From IMG/VR virus record IMGVR_UViG_3300033141_003435, positions 1-58,261 of that record: 58,261 nucleotides of DNA; one strand, given 5' to 3'. The notes below the pieces were generated by a model that was given only the letters and a program-made list of their open reading frames with translations, did no database searches and was not told the DNA's origin. The stretch comes from a virus (lineage: Duplodnaviria; Caudoviricetes). A program made the position numbers and the translations under genes. Below are positions 17,400-27,129 of this stretch, one piece after another. Every line of letters starts with the position of its first letter. Within the stretch, counting starts at the first letter, position 1.

Positions 17400-20330
17400 G
17401 TAACAACAACAGCAGTAGGAAGACCGTTCTTTGCCCTCTGTAGGGCTTCATGAACAGCCTCTGCTACTGAAGAACAAATGTTTGAAATCTGAAATATTTG
17501 TGTAGTCTTCCCAGTAGAAGCAGCACGGACTCCGTACAACGAAGCAGTCAGAAAAAGCAGACACGCACGAAAAAATCGACACGCGCGAAAAAATCGACAC
17601 GACGTGATGAGGGAATAACTAGACGCCCTTAACTCGTTACGCAGATGTTTTTTATGCGAATCGACACCATAACGCTCATGAGAACTCTGCTCTAGTATGA
17701 CAGAGTTGCCCTTCGCTACATGTGCTCTCACTACTCTCATGTGAGTAGACGTTAAAAGCCACCCAAGAACACCCTCGTACAACGTCAAGCATACTGTCAG
17801 AAGTCTCTCAGAAGACTCCCGTACGTAATGCCGGAGACACCTCATCTGCCTTCCCAATAGAGTGTCCATACCTATATCCTTACCTATATCCATACTACAG
17901 CCCACCGTACAACGCAGTAAGTGCCTCCTTCCGACAATACGCTCTATAAGACTATGGTCGTTCTCGACGCTCGCGTGTAGCGTGCTCGCTCGTTTCAGCG
18001 TGCTCATCTGGCAGGCCCGACGAAAACGAAGACGTGATATACGGCGTACAACGTAACTCGCGTATATACGTCTAATATATACACGTGTTATTCTCGCTAC
18101 TTCCAACACCAGAAACAACGCAAGAGTCTTCACGAGAGTCTTCACAAAGTCGTGCAGTGAGCACACACGTCCCTGCGCACGTGTATAGCGAGAACTTGTG
18201 CCCTCACTCCTCTCGCGAGTAACGAGAGCGCTCGCTTCTCTCGAGAGCATAGCGAGTTCTCGTGTATAGCGAGAACATGGGAGTATAGCGAGGTCGTACG
18301 GGTTTAGCGAGAACTTGTGAGTGTAGCGAGAACTTGTGTGTGTAGCGAGAACATGCGAGAAAAGCGAGAACTTGTGAGCATTGTGACAACGTGCGTTGTC
18401 TCTACATACGTGTGTAGCGAGAACATGCGAGAAAAGCGAGAACTTGTGAGCATTGTGACAACGCACGTTGTCTCTACATACGTGTGTAGCGAGAACATGC
18501 GAGAAAAGCGAGAACTTGTGAGCATTGTGACAACGCACGTTGTCACAATGCTCACAAGTAGCGAGATCAAGCGATTTTAGCGAGTCCATACGACTCTCAC
18601 TACTCTCACGAGTAACGAGCGCACTCGCATCTCTCACGTGTGTCATAGCGAGAACTTGTGCCCTCGCTACACTCACGTGTATAGCGTGCTCGAGAGCATA
18701 GCGAGAGCACTCACTCTCACTCCACCCTTGTGTGACATAGCGATCACACAAGTCCTCGCTCCTCTCGTGTGTAGCGAGAACATGAGAGTTTAGCGAGGTC
18801 ATGCGTGTTTGGTGACAACGCTCGGTGTCACTCCTCTCGTACGTAGCGAGAGCAAGCGAGTTCGGTGTCTCCTGAAGTAGTGGCGACACCGAACTCGTGA
18901 GCGGAGCGAGAACATGCGTGTACAGCGAAAGCCCATGTAGAATACGGCCCCAAATCGCTGCTTCATACGCGCTCACTCCACTCACGAGTGCCAAAGCGAG
19001 ATCACGTGGCGCTCGCAACCCTCGTGAGTAGCGTGCGCTGGCGCTTCTCTCGCTAAAATCGCTTGATCTTGCTACATGTGCGTGTAGCGCGTGCTCTCGT
19101 GTATGATGAGCGCACACGGCTCGCACAAGTGACATAGCGACAACGAGCGTTGCTTCTGAGTGGAGCGCTCTCGCGTGTAGCGAGAGCACGCGATACTTGT
19201 GCGTGTTGCGAGCACATGTGCGTGTAGCGAGCACTCTTGCTGCTCTTGTGTGACATAGCGAGATCGCTCGGTGCACACACGCGTCGTATAGCGAGATCAC
19301 TCGTTGCTCTCGACACTTGTGTGTCAAAGCGTCAACATGCGACTGAGAGCGTCTCCACAAGTTGCTCTCAGGCCCGATCTTAGCGAGTCCATTCATCATG
19401 TCCGACTCACGTGTGTCATTGCGTGCACACATGTCACGCTTGTGTGTCAAAGCGTCAACGTGCGTTTGTAGCGACAACGAGCGCTGCCTCGTGAGTCGTG
19501 TAGCGAGGGCACTCGCATCTCTCACGTGTCGTATAGCGAGATCACTCGTTGCTCTCAGCACTTGTGAGTGATTGCGACAACGCACGTTGCCCACAAGCGC
19601 CATCTTAGCGAGTCCATTCATCATTCTCGGCTCACGTGTGTCATTGCGTGCTCGCTCGTCATGTTGTGTAACTCAGCGCTCACATGCGCGTGTGACGAGA
19701 GCGCACGAAGCGATCGACTAACTCAGCGCTCACGCACGTCGTGCTGGGCAACTCAGCGCGCTCGCGGGCTGCGTTGAGTAACTCAGCGCTCACATGCGCA
19801 GCAGCATATGCGTGATAGCGACGGCGCACGGAGACTTTTGTGAGAGACGGGCACGTCAACACAAGGGCGTCGCGTACAGCCACGAGGGTCTTCACGCTCT
19901 CTGTCACAGAAGTCTCCACGCACAACTTGCGCGCTCACCACTCACAAGGGCGTCGCGAACTCTCACTAGGGTCTCCACGCTCTCTATCACAGGAGCATCG
20001 TGCGCAATTTCGTGCGCAAAATGCGTCGTCGTACGTCGCGCAGATGACGTGCCCTTTTGTCGTCGGTGTCGACGTGCCTTGACTGACATGGCTCGACAAA
20101 CATTGTCGAGTGCGTTTGCGTGCAGATAAACGTCCCCGTTTCTCACACGATTCTCACGCGATTCCTCCCTCTTTTTCTCGCACAATTTCTCACGCTTTTT
20201 CTCACGCGTTTTTCTGCGCTTTTCCTCACACAATTTCTCGCGCAATCCTGCTCGTGATTTTCGCACGTTTTCTCTCCCATTTTTCACGCGTTTTTCATCG
20301 CCCTATTTCTCGTGCTTTTCACCCGATCAT
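17400..20330. repeat. repeat-dense block between terS and terL (candidate packaging/terminus region)
   Basis: Many same-strand TAGCGAG motifs, 19-bp and 72-bp periodicities, duplicated 20-50 bp blocks, AACTCAGCGC x4, phased T-tracts. Confidence 0.85.
18338..18559. repeat. 72-bp tandem repeat x~3 ending in a 22-bp-arm perfect hairpin
   Basis: Units start at 18338, 18410 and 18482; ACTTGTGAGCATTGTGACAACG-CA-CGTTGTCACAATGCTCACAAGT at 18514-18559. Confidence 0.9.
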
Positions 20331-20932
20331 TTCCGCGCATTTTCTCCCCCTTTTTCCTCGACAATTTCCGCTGGGATTGCCTTCGCTTCTAACTCCTCTA
20401 AAGCACGCTTGTGAAGAAACTCGAATACCTTGTCCACTTTTCGTCTGTCTTTCTCCTCTAAAACACGCTCCATTATCGACGGAAGAAACTGCGGCTGCTG
20501 TTGCAAAACCTGTGTGAGGTAGATATCAAGGTCTATCATCGTTTTCGCCTCTGTGAGTGATCGAACCCTTATCTTGCCGTCCTTAACATCCTTCGCTACC
20601 TGCGAGAGAGCGTACCTCACCATTTTCCTGTAGAGCTTAACCATCTCGGTTAGACCCTTGGCTTGCTCCCGCATCTCCTCCTCTCTGGCTGACCGTTCCT
20701 CTATCTCCTTCCGCTTAACCCACTCCTGCCAGTTCTCCTTCAGAGACCATCTCTTTATCTTCGTATAGAAGGAGTTGAACTTAGACTCATATAGAGGCGT
20801 GCCTGGAGTAACATCTGGGTGCTCCTGAAGAAACCGAAGTTGGGCTACCTTTTTAAGCGTCCTTCCCTCCCCAAGATAGTAATAGAGCTCGAAAGTATCG
20901 GAGTGCTTTGGGTAATCCATCGTTCTCTCCAC
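20327..20932 (-). CDS. probable terminase small subunit (N-terminal HTH)
   Basis: FELYYYLGEGRTLKKVA...IKRWSLKENWQE HTH followed by a coiled coil; first plausible gene upstream of terL. Confidence 0.6.
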   Translation of the reverse strand: MERTMDYPKHSDTFELYYYLGEGRTLKKVAQLRFLQEHPDVTPGTPLYESKFNSFYTKIKRWSLKENWQEWVKRKEIEERSAREEEMREQAKGLTEMVKLYRKMVRYALSQVAKDVKDGKIRVRSLTEAKTMIDLDIYLTQVLQQQPQFLPSIMERVLEEKDRRKVDKVFEFLHKRALEELEAKAIPAEIVEEKGGENARK

Positions 20933-20943
20933 CCGTCGTACTC

Positions 20944-20972
20944 AACATAGACTTTCTGCTTCGCTTTGTCAA
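20944..20972 (-). promoter_or_regulatory. sigma70-type promoter for terS
   Basis: TTGACA-N17-TATGTT on the minus strand. Confidence 0.7.
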
Positions 20973-21118
20973 GCTCTTTCGTAACATTTGCGCCTTAGAG
21001 CGCCTTGGAGCGAAAGAAAGCGTAAGGGGAAGGGAAAGTATTGGGTAACAGCTGAAAGAGCGTTCTCCGGCAAGCTGAGGGCGGAGAAGTAACATTTCTC
21101 AAAGAGTCTGTAACCGTT

Positions 21119-21535
21119 TTAGCGATATGAAGAGTACCAGAGCTGTGTGACAGCATTGAGAACGGAGTTGGCGATGAATCTCCAAAGCCCTCCCCGGTGC
21201 TGGCGGCGGAGATACTCGGCAAGTCGCCCAAACACCTCCTCTTTGGCCTTCACCTCGAAGACGTAAACGTCTTCCTTCAAAACACGGTCGTGGCTGTATT
21301 TCACAAGTCGTGCGGTGATTGTCTCATAGATCGGCGTTTCGGGTTCGAAGATTGATCGAACCTGAATAGGGCGAGCCAGAGCAGCGGTGTAGATGACGCG
21401 TTCGTGACTCTCTTCTGCTGACTGTCTTTCCGTCTTGAGGGGCGTCTTCTTCACTTGCTGTTCCAAGCTTTTCCGCTGGAGTTCGGCGACCTCGGTGACG
21501 CCTTCGACTGAACTGCGTTTACGCCTCTTGCTCAC
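21119..21535 (-). CDS. hypothetical protein
   Basis: 138 aa, GTGA overlap, RBS GAGGAGG. Confidence 0.65.
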   Translation of the reverse strand: MSKRRKRSSVEGVTEVAELQRKSLEQQVKKTPLKTERQSAEESHERVIYTAALARPIQVRSIFEPETPIYETITARLVKYSHDRVLKEDVYVFEVKAKEEVFGRLAEYLRRQHRGGLWRFIANSVLNAVTQLWYSSYR

Positions 21536-22041
21536 TCTCCCTCCTCGACTTGTCCGAACTGCTCCATCAACGTTCTGGTACGATCGACCTCGGTGGTCAA
21601 TCGCCTCAACGCCGCCGCGAAAGCGACGGCATTGTCACTCCGAATTGTCGGCCCCTGACTTGACGGTGCTCGAGTTGCGATCCCTCCTTCAGGTTCGATG
21701 ATGTGTATTGTGACATCTGGATGTCTGGGAATCTCCTCCCCTTCAGGAACTTCGGGCCAATCCGGATGCCAAAACAGACACCTGAAGGCGAACTGACGCT
21801 CATCCCACGAGACACCGACTGCCTTGGCTCCCTCAGGAAGGCCCTCGACAATCACATGGCGCTCTCCACTCTGACAGAATGCGGCGATGCAGACGGGTGA
21901 TAACAAAACGTACTTGAACCCACGACGCCTCTCGGGTCCGCTCACCTGACTGCTCTTCAGCCATGACGTAAAAAGCTGTTCTCTCTCTTTTCGTACAACG
22001 TCAGTCAGCTTTTCACAGGGAGTACGATGCTTCTTCATCAC
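21532..22041 (-). CDS. hypothetical protein
   Basis: 169 aa, coupled to neighbours. Confidence 0.65.
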   Translation of the reverse strand: MMKKHRTPCEKLTDVVRKEREQLFTSWLKSSQVSGPERRRGFKYVLLSPVCIAAFCQSGERHVIVEGLPEGAKAVGVSWDERQFAFRCLFWHPDWPEVPEGEEIPRHPDVTIHIIEPEGGIATRAPSSQGPTIRSDNAVAFAAALRRLTTEVDRTRTLMEQFGQVEEGE

Positions 22042-22268
22042 AAGTGGTCAGAAAGCTGCTTGTCACCGACCAAAAAGTCCACCACGTCTGAAGGGCTGTG
22101 TGCGAGAACCCAATCAAGCCCCAAACGTACGAGATCGGAGACCTTCACCTCTCCGTCAACCTCAGCCGTTGCTTTTCGAGCGAACTCTTGCAAACTCTCC
22201 TTGAAAGCGTCAGAAGCCCTGATTGTTATCGTACGCTTCAATACAACTTCTTCTTCTCCTTCACTCAT
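22038..22268 (-). CDS. ribbon-helix-helix-like DNA-binding protein
   Basis: Alternating strand KRTITIRA, helix, then VSDLVRLGL; RBS AGGAGGAG. Confidence 0.6.
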   Translation of the reverse strand: MSEGEEEVVLKRTITIRASDAFKESLQEFARKATAEVDGEVKVSDLVRLGLDWVLAHSPSDVVDFLVGDKQLSDHL

Positions 22269-22291
22269 GTCTCCTCCTTAAAAGAAAAGTG

Positions 22292-22422
22292 AGAGCGGAT
22301 GTGGAGTAACGGCACCCTCTTGCCTGAACTTCTCGTCGATTGCTCAACGAAAGGAGGCGGACACTCCTTGCCCGGGTTTTGGAGCGCCTCTTGTGCCGCT
22401 TGGGATTTCACACATCCGCTCT
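22292..22422. other. structured intergenic element (multi-stem, possible cis-regulatory RNA)
   Basis: AGAGCGGATGTG / CACATCCGCTCT closing stem, inner CGGCAC/GTGCCG and AAGGAG/CTCCTT stems. Confidence 0.55.
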
Positions 22423-22638
22423 TCATATCATCAAACTCACCTCGAAGCTCCGAGAACGAAGCTCTTCTCTGAGCGTCGCCAGAAAGGCCCTCCGGGGCTT
22501 CGGCGAGTATCGTCCATAGTATGCACTATAGTACGACACTAAGTCCAGAAATTTCTCCCAATCTTTGAACTCGGCGAGATCGTTGACCAAGTCAATCGCT
22601 TTTTGTTCCGTCACCTTAAGGGACATTGTGCCTCTCAT
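22423..22638 (-). CDS. hypothetical protein
   Basis: 71 aa, ATGA overlap. Confidence 0.55.
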   Translation of the reverse strand: MRGTMSLKVTEQKAIDLVNDLAEFKDWEKFLDLVSYYSAYYGRYSPKPRRAFLATLREELRSRSFEVSLMI

Positions 22639-22874
22639 TTGTCTAAACGCTCCAAGTCTCTCGTAATGCGTTTCGCAATTCTGATCGCCTTCTCTGCCGG
22701 AATGACGTTGTACTCCGTAGCCTTCAGCACCCTGTCAATACCCCGTACTTTGATCAGCGGAACCCTTTCTCCACTGTCGCTTGTTCCGATAGCCACAACC
22801 TTGCCCCACCCAAGACAACAAGCTCGCTTATCGTCCCAAACTTGGACCTTCTCTCCCAGTTTAAGTTTGCTCAT
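22635..22874 (-). CDS. hypothetical beta-rich small protein
   Basis: From ATG 22874 (GGAGG RBS): LKLGEKVQVWD..LGWGKVV, resembling 40836-41060. Confidence 0.6.
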   Translation of the reverse strand: MSKLKLGEKVQVWDDKRACCLGWGKVVAIGTSDSGERVPLIKVRGIDRVLKATEYNVIPAEKAIRIAKRITRDLERLDK

Positions 22875-23763
22875 TTGCACCTCCAACACTCTTCTGCTTA
22901 CGATGACGAAGCAGATTCTCCAGAACGCCCTCAAGCGTCACTTTCTCCATGTGCGTCAATGCCCAAACTAGCTCCAAAGGAGTTGTCACTACCCCAAAAT
23001 GCTCCTTGAGACTTTGCTGCAGACTCTGAAGCGCACTAGCCAGACGTATCACGCTTCTCCTCCTATAATTTGCTCCAAGCCCGGCGTTACGCATCCGTTG
23101 CGCCAGAGTCTGCACCGAAATCCCAAGTTGCTTCGCAACCCTCTTCTTGTCGTAGTGTCTTGTTTGAAGCAGCATCAAAAGATGTGCTCTCTTCGCCATT
23201 CGCTCTGCTTTCTGATAGGCGCCCTTCCCTCTTCGAACGAAGTCTATCAACCCAAGCTCTTCCGTCAATTGTCGTACACGCTCCCTAGACAACTTCAACT
23301 TCTGCCCCGCTTTACTGTAGTTGAAAAGCGAAGAAGACAGAACTTTCCGAAGCATCTCCCTCCTTGTACGACGAATCACCTCTGAACGTGTGCCATAAAG
23401 CTGACGAAGCACTACATCTCGATGTACGAAGATACGAAGTGTGTCATATGACACACCAATCCTCTCTGCAATCCCATGAAGTGTGCTGCTTGACTTCACC
23501 AACTCTTGGGCAATCAAATCCCAATGTCGTTCACACTTCACCATTGCCCTTGCTCGTCTCATACTTGTCTTACGTTCTCTCGCTCTATACGCGTGAGCCG
23601 CCTCTTGATTCTGCCAAATCCAGTAATACAACGAGTTGATTGACGCTCCTGGACTCCCAAAACGTCGTACAATCTTTTCCAGAGTTACGCCCTCTTTCAA
23701 AGCCCGTACGACAGCCTCACGATGACGATCGTACGCAAGACTGCTAGTTCGTCTTCTCCCCAC
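22861..23763 (-). CDS. multi-HTH transcriptional regulator
   Basis: Several HTHs: TLHGIAERIGVSYDTL, SKAGQKLKLSRERVRQL (sigma region 4-like), KKRVAKQLGISVQTL (Fis-like). Confidence 0.75.
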   Translation of the reverse strand: MGRRRTSSLAYDRHREAVVRALKEGVTLEKIVRRFGSPGASINSLYYWIWQNQEAAHAYRARERKTSMRRARAMVKCERHWDLIAQELVKSSSTLHGIAERIGVSYDTLRIFVHRDVVLRQLYGTRSEVIRRTRREMLRKVLSSSLFNYSKAGQKLKLSRERVRQLTEELGLIDFVRRGKGAYQKAERMAKRAHLLMLLQTRHYDKKRVAKQLGISVQTLAQRMRNAGLGANYRRRSVIRLASALQSLQQSLKEHFGVVTTPLELVWALTHMEKVTLEGVLENLLRHRKQKSVGGANEQT

Positions 23764-24718
23764 TCTCCTCCTCCTCCTTCAAACCAGACAAATCACACGA
23801 TTTAGACCATAACTCTTTGTGCAACTTAGTCATACGCTTCTTCTCACTCGAAAGAAGGTAGCCCGTCGAAAAGAGATACTTCTGCTGAAGGGCAATAAGC
23901 TCCATAAACATCTCCTCAAGTTGTGACAGCTCACTCCCCTTCGAAAAGCCACCCAAGACATCTCTCCAAACAGCTAGACGAAATGAGTCCCAATGTCGAC
24001 AAACATCAAGTGAAGAAGGCAGCCTGAAGGTCGAATACGGCGCAACGAATCCGCCAAGATACATCGGTTCAAGTCGTTTGAATCCATGCGGATTCGTTAT
24101 CGGACTCAAAAGATGCTTCAGAAACAACGACCAGTTCTTCCACATCCCGGCCAACGCCTTCGCTTTGAGCCAAGTGCGCAGAGGCTCTTCATCCCCTTCA
24201 AGCACAGCTATTTGGACCGCCTTAGCCATCCCAGTCATAATCTCTCCAACACGAAACAGCTCGACCAACAACGGTCGTCCTTTCGCTTCACCTACCATCC
24301 ACAACACAGCCCAGAGCTTGCTATTCCCAACAAATTTAGTAAACTGGGCCTTGTCATCGACAACAACTCCCAACCGCCAACTCACCGGAATAAGCTCCCC
24401 AGAGGAAGTTCGCAGTGGACGCTTGTGCTGTGACAGTTGATCGAAGAGCAGCTCACAAACCATCCTTGGATCACCAAGACTCGCAAGCCACATATAGAAT
24501 TCTGCTCCTATCTGCCTTCCATCTCGAATTCCGAACTGTCGTTTGACTCCCTCTACTATACAGCTCTCATCTATCTCCTGCAAAGCCACTGCGTCCTCAC
24601 CTTCAGCTTCGTACATCAACCTCCAATGTCGTTCACTGTTCGCCAAGACTTTCACCTCTCTCATTGAAGAGCGCGCAAGCAGGAGAAACAACTGAGAGCT
24701 TTTGGTTGGTGTACTCAC
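23744..24718 (-). CDS. hypothetical protein
   Basis: 324 aa ORF directly downstream of the JAB genes; true start probably 24647-24665. Confidence 0.7.
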   Translation of the reverse strand: MSTPTKSSQLFLLLARSSMREVKVLANSERHWRLMYEAEGEDAVALQEIDESCIVEGVKRQFGIRDGRQIGAEFYMWLASLGDPRMVCELLFDQLSQHKRPLRTSSGELIPVSWRLGVVVDDKAQFTKFVGNSKLWAVLWMVGEAKGRPLLVELFRVGEIMTGMAKAVQIAVLEGDEEPLRTWLKAKALAGMWKNWSLFLKHLLSPITNPHGFKRLEPMYLGGFVAPYSTFRLPSSLDVCRHWDSFRLAVWRDVLGGFSKGSELSQLEEMFMELIALQQKYLFSTGYLLSSEKKRMTKLHKELWSKSCDLSGLKEEEESGEKTN

Positions 24719-25409
24719 ATGTCAACACGCCGTCCCTTCCACTCACAGGAGTTGCATGACTGCACTCTCGACAAAACTTCCCTGGAGTCACCGTCCCCAA
24801 CTTTAGACTCTTCGCAACAGGAGCAACCAACTCTCTTGAGTCGAACTCAACCTTTGACACCTTTTCGTCGATCTCCTGTTTGAGAGCTGTTCTTTGTGAA
24901 GAAGACAACGTTGTACTGATGACCACCTTGATAGGAAGTGTATACGCTCCAAACTCAGCTTGTCCATCAATGCGAGCAAGGGCTTCTCCCCCTGTATTGA
25001 GAACCAACGACACAAACCACTCTCCGCACTTTCGCAAGTCTGCACAAGTCTTCTCGTCAATATCGCTCCAGAAGACCTCTCCATCTCCATGCGTATGCCA
25101 CCAAAACTTGAGCAACAACCCCTCATCATGACTTTTCTCATTCATCAAAGTCGCCTGGAGAGCAGCAACCTGCTCCGACTCAAGCTCCACATCAGCCAAC
25201 CCAGCTTTTTGCTCCAGCAGATAGAGCCTCTCAACACAAAGTCTTCCCTCTTCTGCTATCCTCAACTCACCCAAGCCGCTCACTTCATATGGAGCAACGT
25301 CCCTTGCGATAAAGAGCAGCTCATCCCACTGCTCTCTCGAAAGAACCAACCTCAATTTAGGCCCTTCGTAAGCGGCTGACACCTTCCCTCTTCCGTCTAA
25401 CTCTTCCAT
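24633..25409 (-). CDS. JAB/MPN+ metalloprotease with C-terminal Cys4 module
   Basis: EVSGLG, WWHTH.....WS..D (JAMM motif); CRECSH...C...PACALF. Confidence 0.85.
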   Translation of the reverse strand: MEELDGRGKVSAAYEGPKLRLVLSREQWDELLFIARDVAPYEVSGLGELRIAEEGRLCVERLYLLEQKAGLADVELESEQVAALQATLMNEKSHDEGLLLKFWWHTHGDGEVFWSDIDEKTCADLRKCGEWFVSLVLNTGGEALARIDGQAEFGAYTLPIKVVISTTLSSSQRTALKQEIDEKVSKVEFDSRELVAPVAKSLKLGTVTPGKFCRECSHATPVSGRDGVLTCEYTNQKLSVVSPACALFNERGESLGEQ

Positions 25410-25422
25410 TGTTCCTCCTCAG

Positions 25423-26466
25423 TCATTTTTTCTTTCTCTTCCATAGGTGACATGCGGCGGCTCCAGCATATATGTCTCCAGGCTCAAGCGTCTCACCACG
25501 TGCCATCGCTTCATGAAATAACGTCCCCATTCTTTCGCAATGCGGCTTCTCTCGTTCATTGAAGTATCTGCACGTTCCACATGTTTCTCTTTCCCACTTC
25601 TTGGATTTTTCGGACTTTACTTTTTTCTTCGCTTCACCCTTCACATCATCGCTCTGCAGCTTCTTTGTCAACGTTTCAACAACCTTCTGCTGTTCAGAGC
25701 GAGTTTTGAACTCTCCGACTTTGCTCTCTCTAGGAAGAAACTGCGAACAAGCGGGGGCTGTAGGACGACGATGAGTATCTCGAACAGACTCTGAGTTGGT
25801 GCACAACCCTGTTAAGCTCCTACCAGTACTGTAATAAAAACACTCTTGACAACGATTCCTCCACCACTCCGATTCGCCTCTCCACTCTCGCAGCGCCCAA
25901 CGCCTTCTTGGTTCTTCGTCGACTTCTCTCGGAGACAATTGAAGCTTTCGTACCATCTTACGCAACTGCTCCTGACGCCTTTCGCTTAACTCGGATGAGA
26001 AAGAGAGCTTCAAGTTGTCGACCTTCAACCTTCCGTATCCTTCATCGACATCAAGACGCAACTTATATTCTTGAGATGTGTTCAACACCAACGAAAGAAA
26101 CCAACCTCCACTACTGACCAACGCTCTTATTGTCGACTCGTCCGTCCCAGACCAAAATGCGCCCATCCTTCCGTGCGAATGCCACCAAAACTTCAACTCC
26201 TCCGACTCATCGTGTTCGTGGATATACTTCGCTATTGCTTCACCATCCAGTGTTGAATGAGTAGTCGAGCACCGCTGAGGGAACAAAAGCCAGTCGTAGA
26301 CAACCAGTTTGTGATCATCCTCAACACGTACCTTCCCCAGTCCACTCAACTCGTCGGGCAACACCTCCTTTGACAAAAACAGAATTTCTTCCCATATCCG
26401 ATTCGACATGCTCACTTCTACTTCAAACTCAACGTCGAGCAACAAATCCTTCCCGTCTTTTCTCAT
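25423..26466 (-). CDS. JAB/MPN+ metalloprotease with two C-terminal Cys4 modules
   Basis: ELSGLG, WWHSHGRMGAFWSGTD; CQECFYY..C..PACSQF and CGTCRYF..C..AACHLW. Confidence 0.87.
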   Translation of the reverse strand: MRKDGKDLLLDVEFEVEVSMSNRIWEEILFLSKEVLPDELSGLGKVRVEDDHKLVVYDWLLFPQRCSTTHSTLDGEAIAKYIHEHDESEELKFWWHSHGRMGAFWSGTDESTIRALVSSGGWFLSLVLNTSQEYKLRLDVDEGYGRLKVDNLKLSFSSELSERRQEQLRKMVRKLQLSPREVDEEPRRRWALREWRGESEWWRNRCQECFYYSTGRSLTGLCTNSESVRDTHRRPTAPACSQFLPRESKVGEFKTRSEQQKVVETLTKKLQSDDVKGEAKKKVKSEKSKKWERETCGTCRYFNEREKPHCERMGTLFHEAMARGETLEPGDIYAGAAACHLWKRKKK

Positions 26467-26469
26467 TCA

Positions 26470-27129
26470 TCAACCTCCTGTCACAGACTCTATCGTTGGA
26501 GTATGCATTGACGCTACAAATGTCATCTGCTCTCCCGACTTTAAGTATCCTCGCACAGCCCTCACCACCAAAGCCGCTACCAAAAAAGCCACGTCGATGA
26601 TTGCTCTTGCTGTACAAGGCAACTCTGCTGCATCCTTATCTTCAAACAAAGTCGTCTCATATGCTGTGATTCCATCTACATCACAAGGGTTGAAAGCGAT
26701 GACCTTTACGTTCTCACCCCCTATTCGACCGTCGACAAAAAGACGAACAGCTGGATTCAACCGCGCCTTCTCCCAAATCTTCTTTCTCACTTCCATCTTG
26801 TCCACGGCAGCGATGACTACCCCTTCGAGTTCCGACCCCTCCCAGTACTTCTCAATCGGACTTATCTTCGCCTCTCCCATCCCTAAGAGAATGTCGGCAA
26901 GGGCAACCGCCTTATTGCTTCCAATGTCTTCAATCCTGAAGAGCTGATTTGGGGTGTTGTGCTCTTCAACTTTGTCTCCGTCCCAAAGCTCCAATCGCTC
27001 CACCCCGAGTTTCACCAAGCCCAAAGTCGTCCAGCTTCCAATTCCGCCGCAACCAATCACCGTCACCTTCACTCCCTTTAGCTTGGCGGGCTCTAAGAAA
27101 TCCATCTGACGCCAATATCTCGTCTCCAT
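26470..27129 (-). CDS. ThiF/MoeB/E1-like activating enzyme
   Basis: RYWRQ, VIGCGGIGS, DGDKVEEHN..NQ, AVD....R, DGR, candidate catalytic Cys in ELPCT; no Zn-binding CxxC pairs. Confidence 0.92.
   Translation of the reverse strand: METRYWRQMDFLEPAKLKGVKVTVIGCGGIGSWTTLGLVKLGVERLELWDGDKVEEHNTPNQLFRIEDIGSNKAVALADILLGMGEAKISPIEKYWEGSELEGVVIAAVDKMEVRKKIWEKARLNPAVRLFVDGRIGGENVKVIAFNPCDVDGITAYETTLFEDKDAAELPCTARAIIDVAFLVAALVVRAVRGYLKSGEQMTFVASMHTPTIESVTGG

Noticed and set aside
18180-19800. CRISPR array
   Set aside because: Repeats are tandem or degenerate without unique constant-length spacers, and no cas genes are seen.
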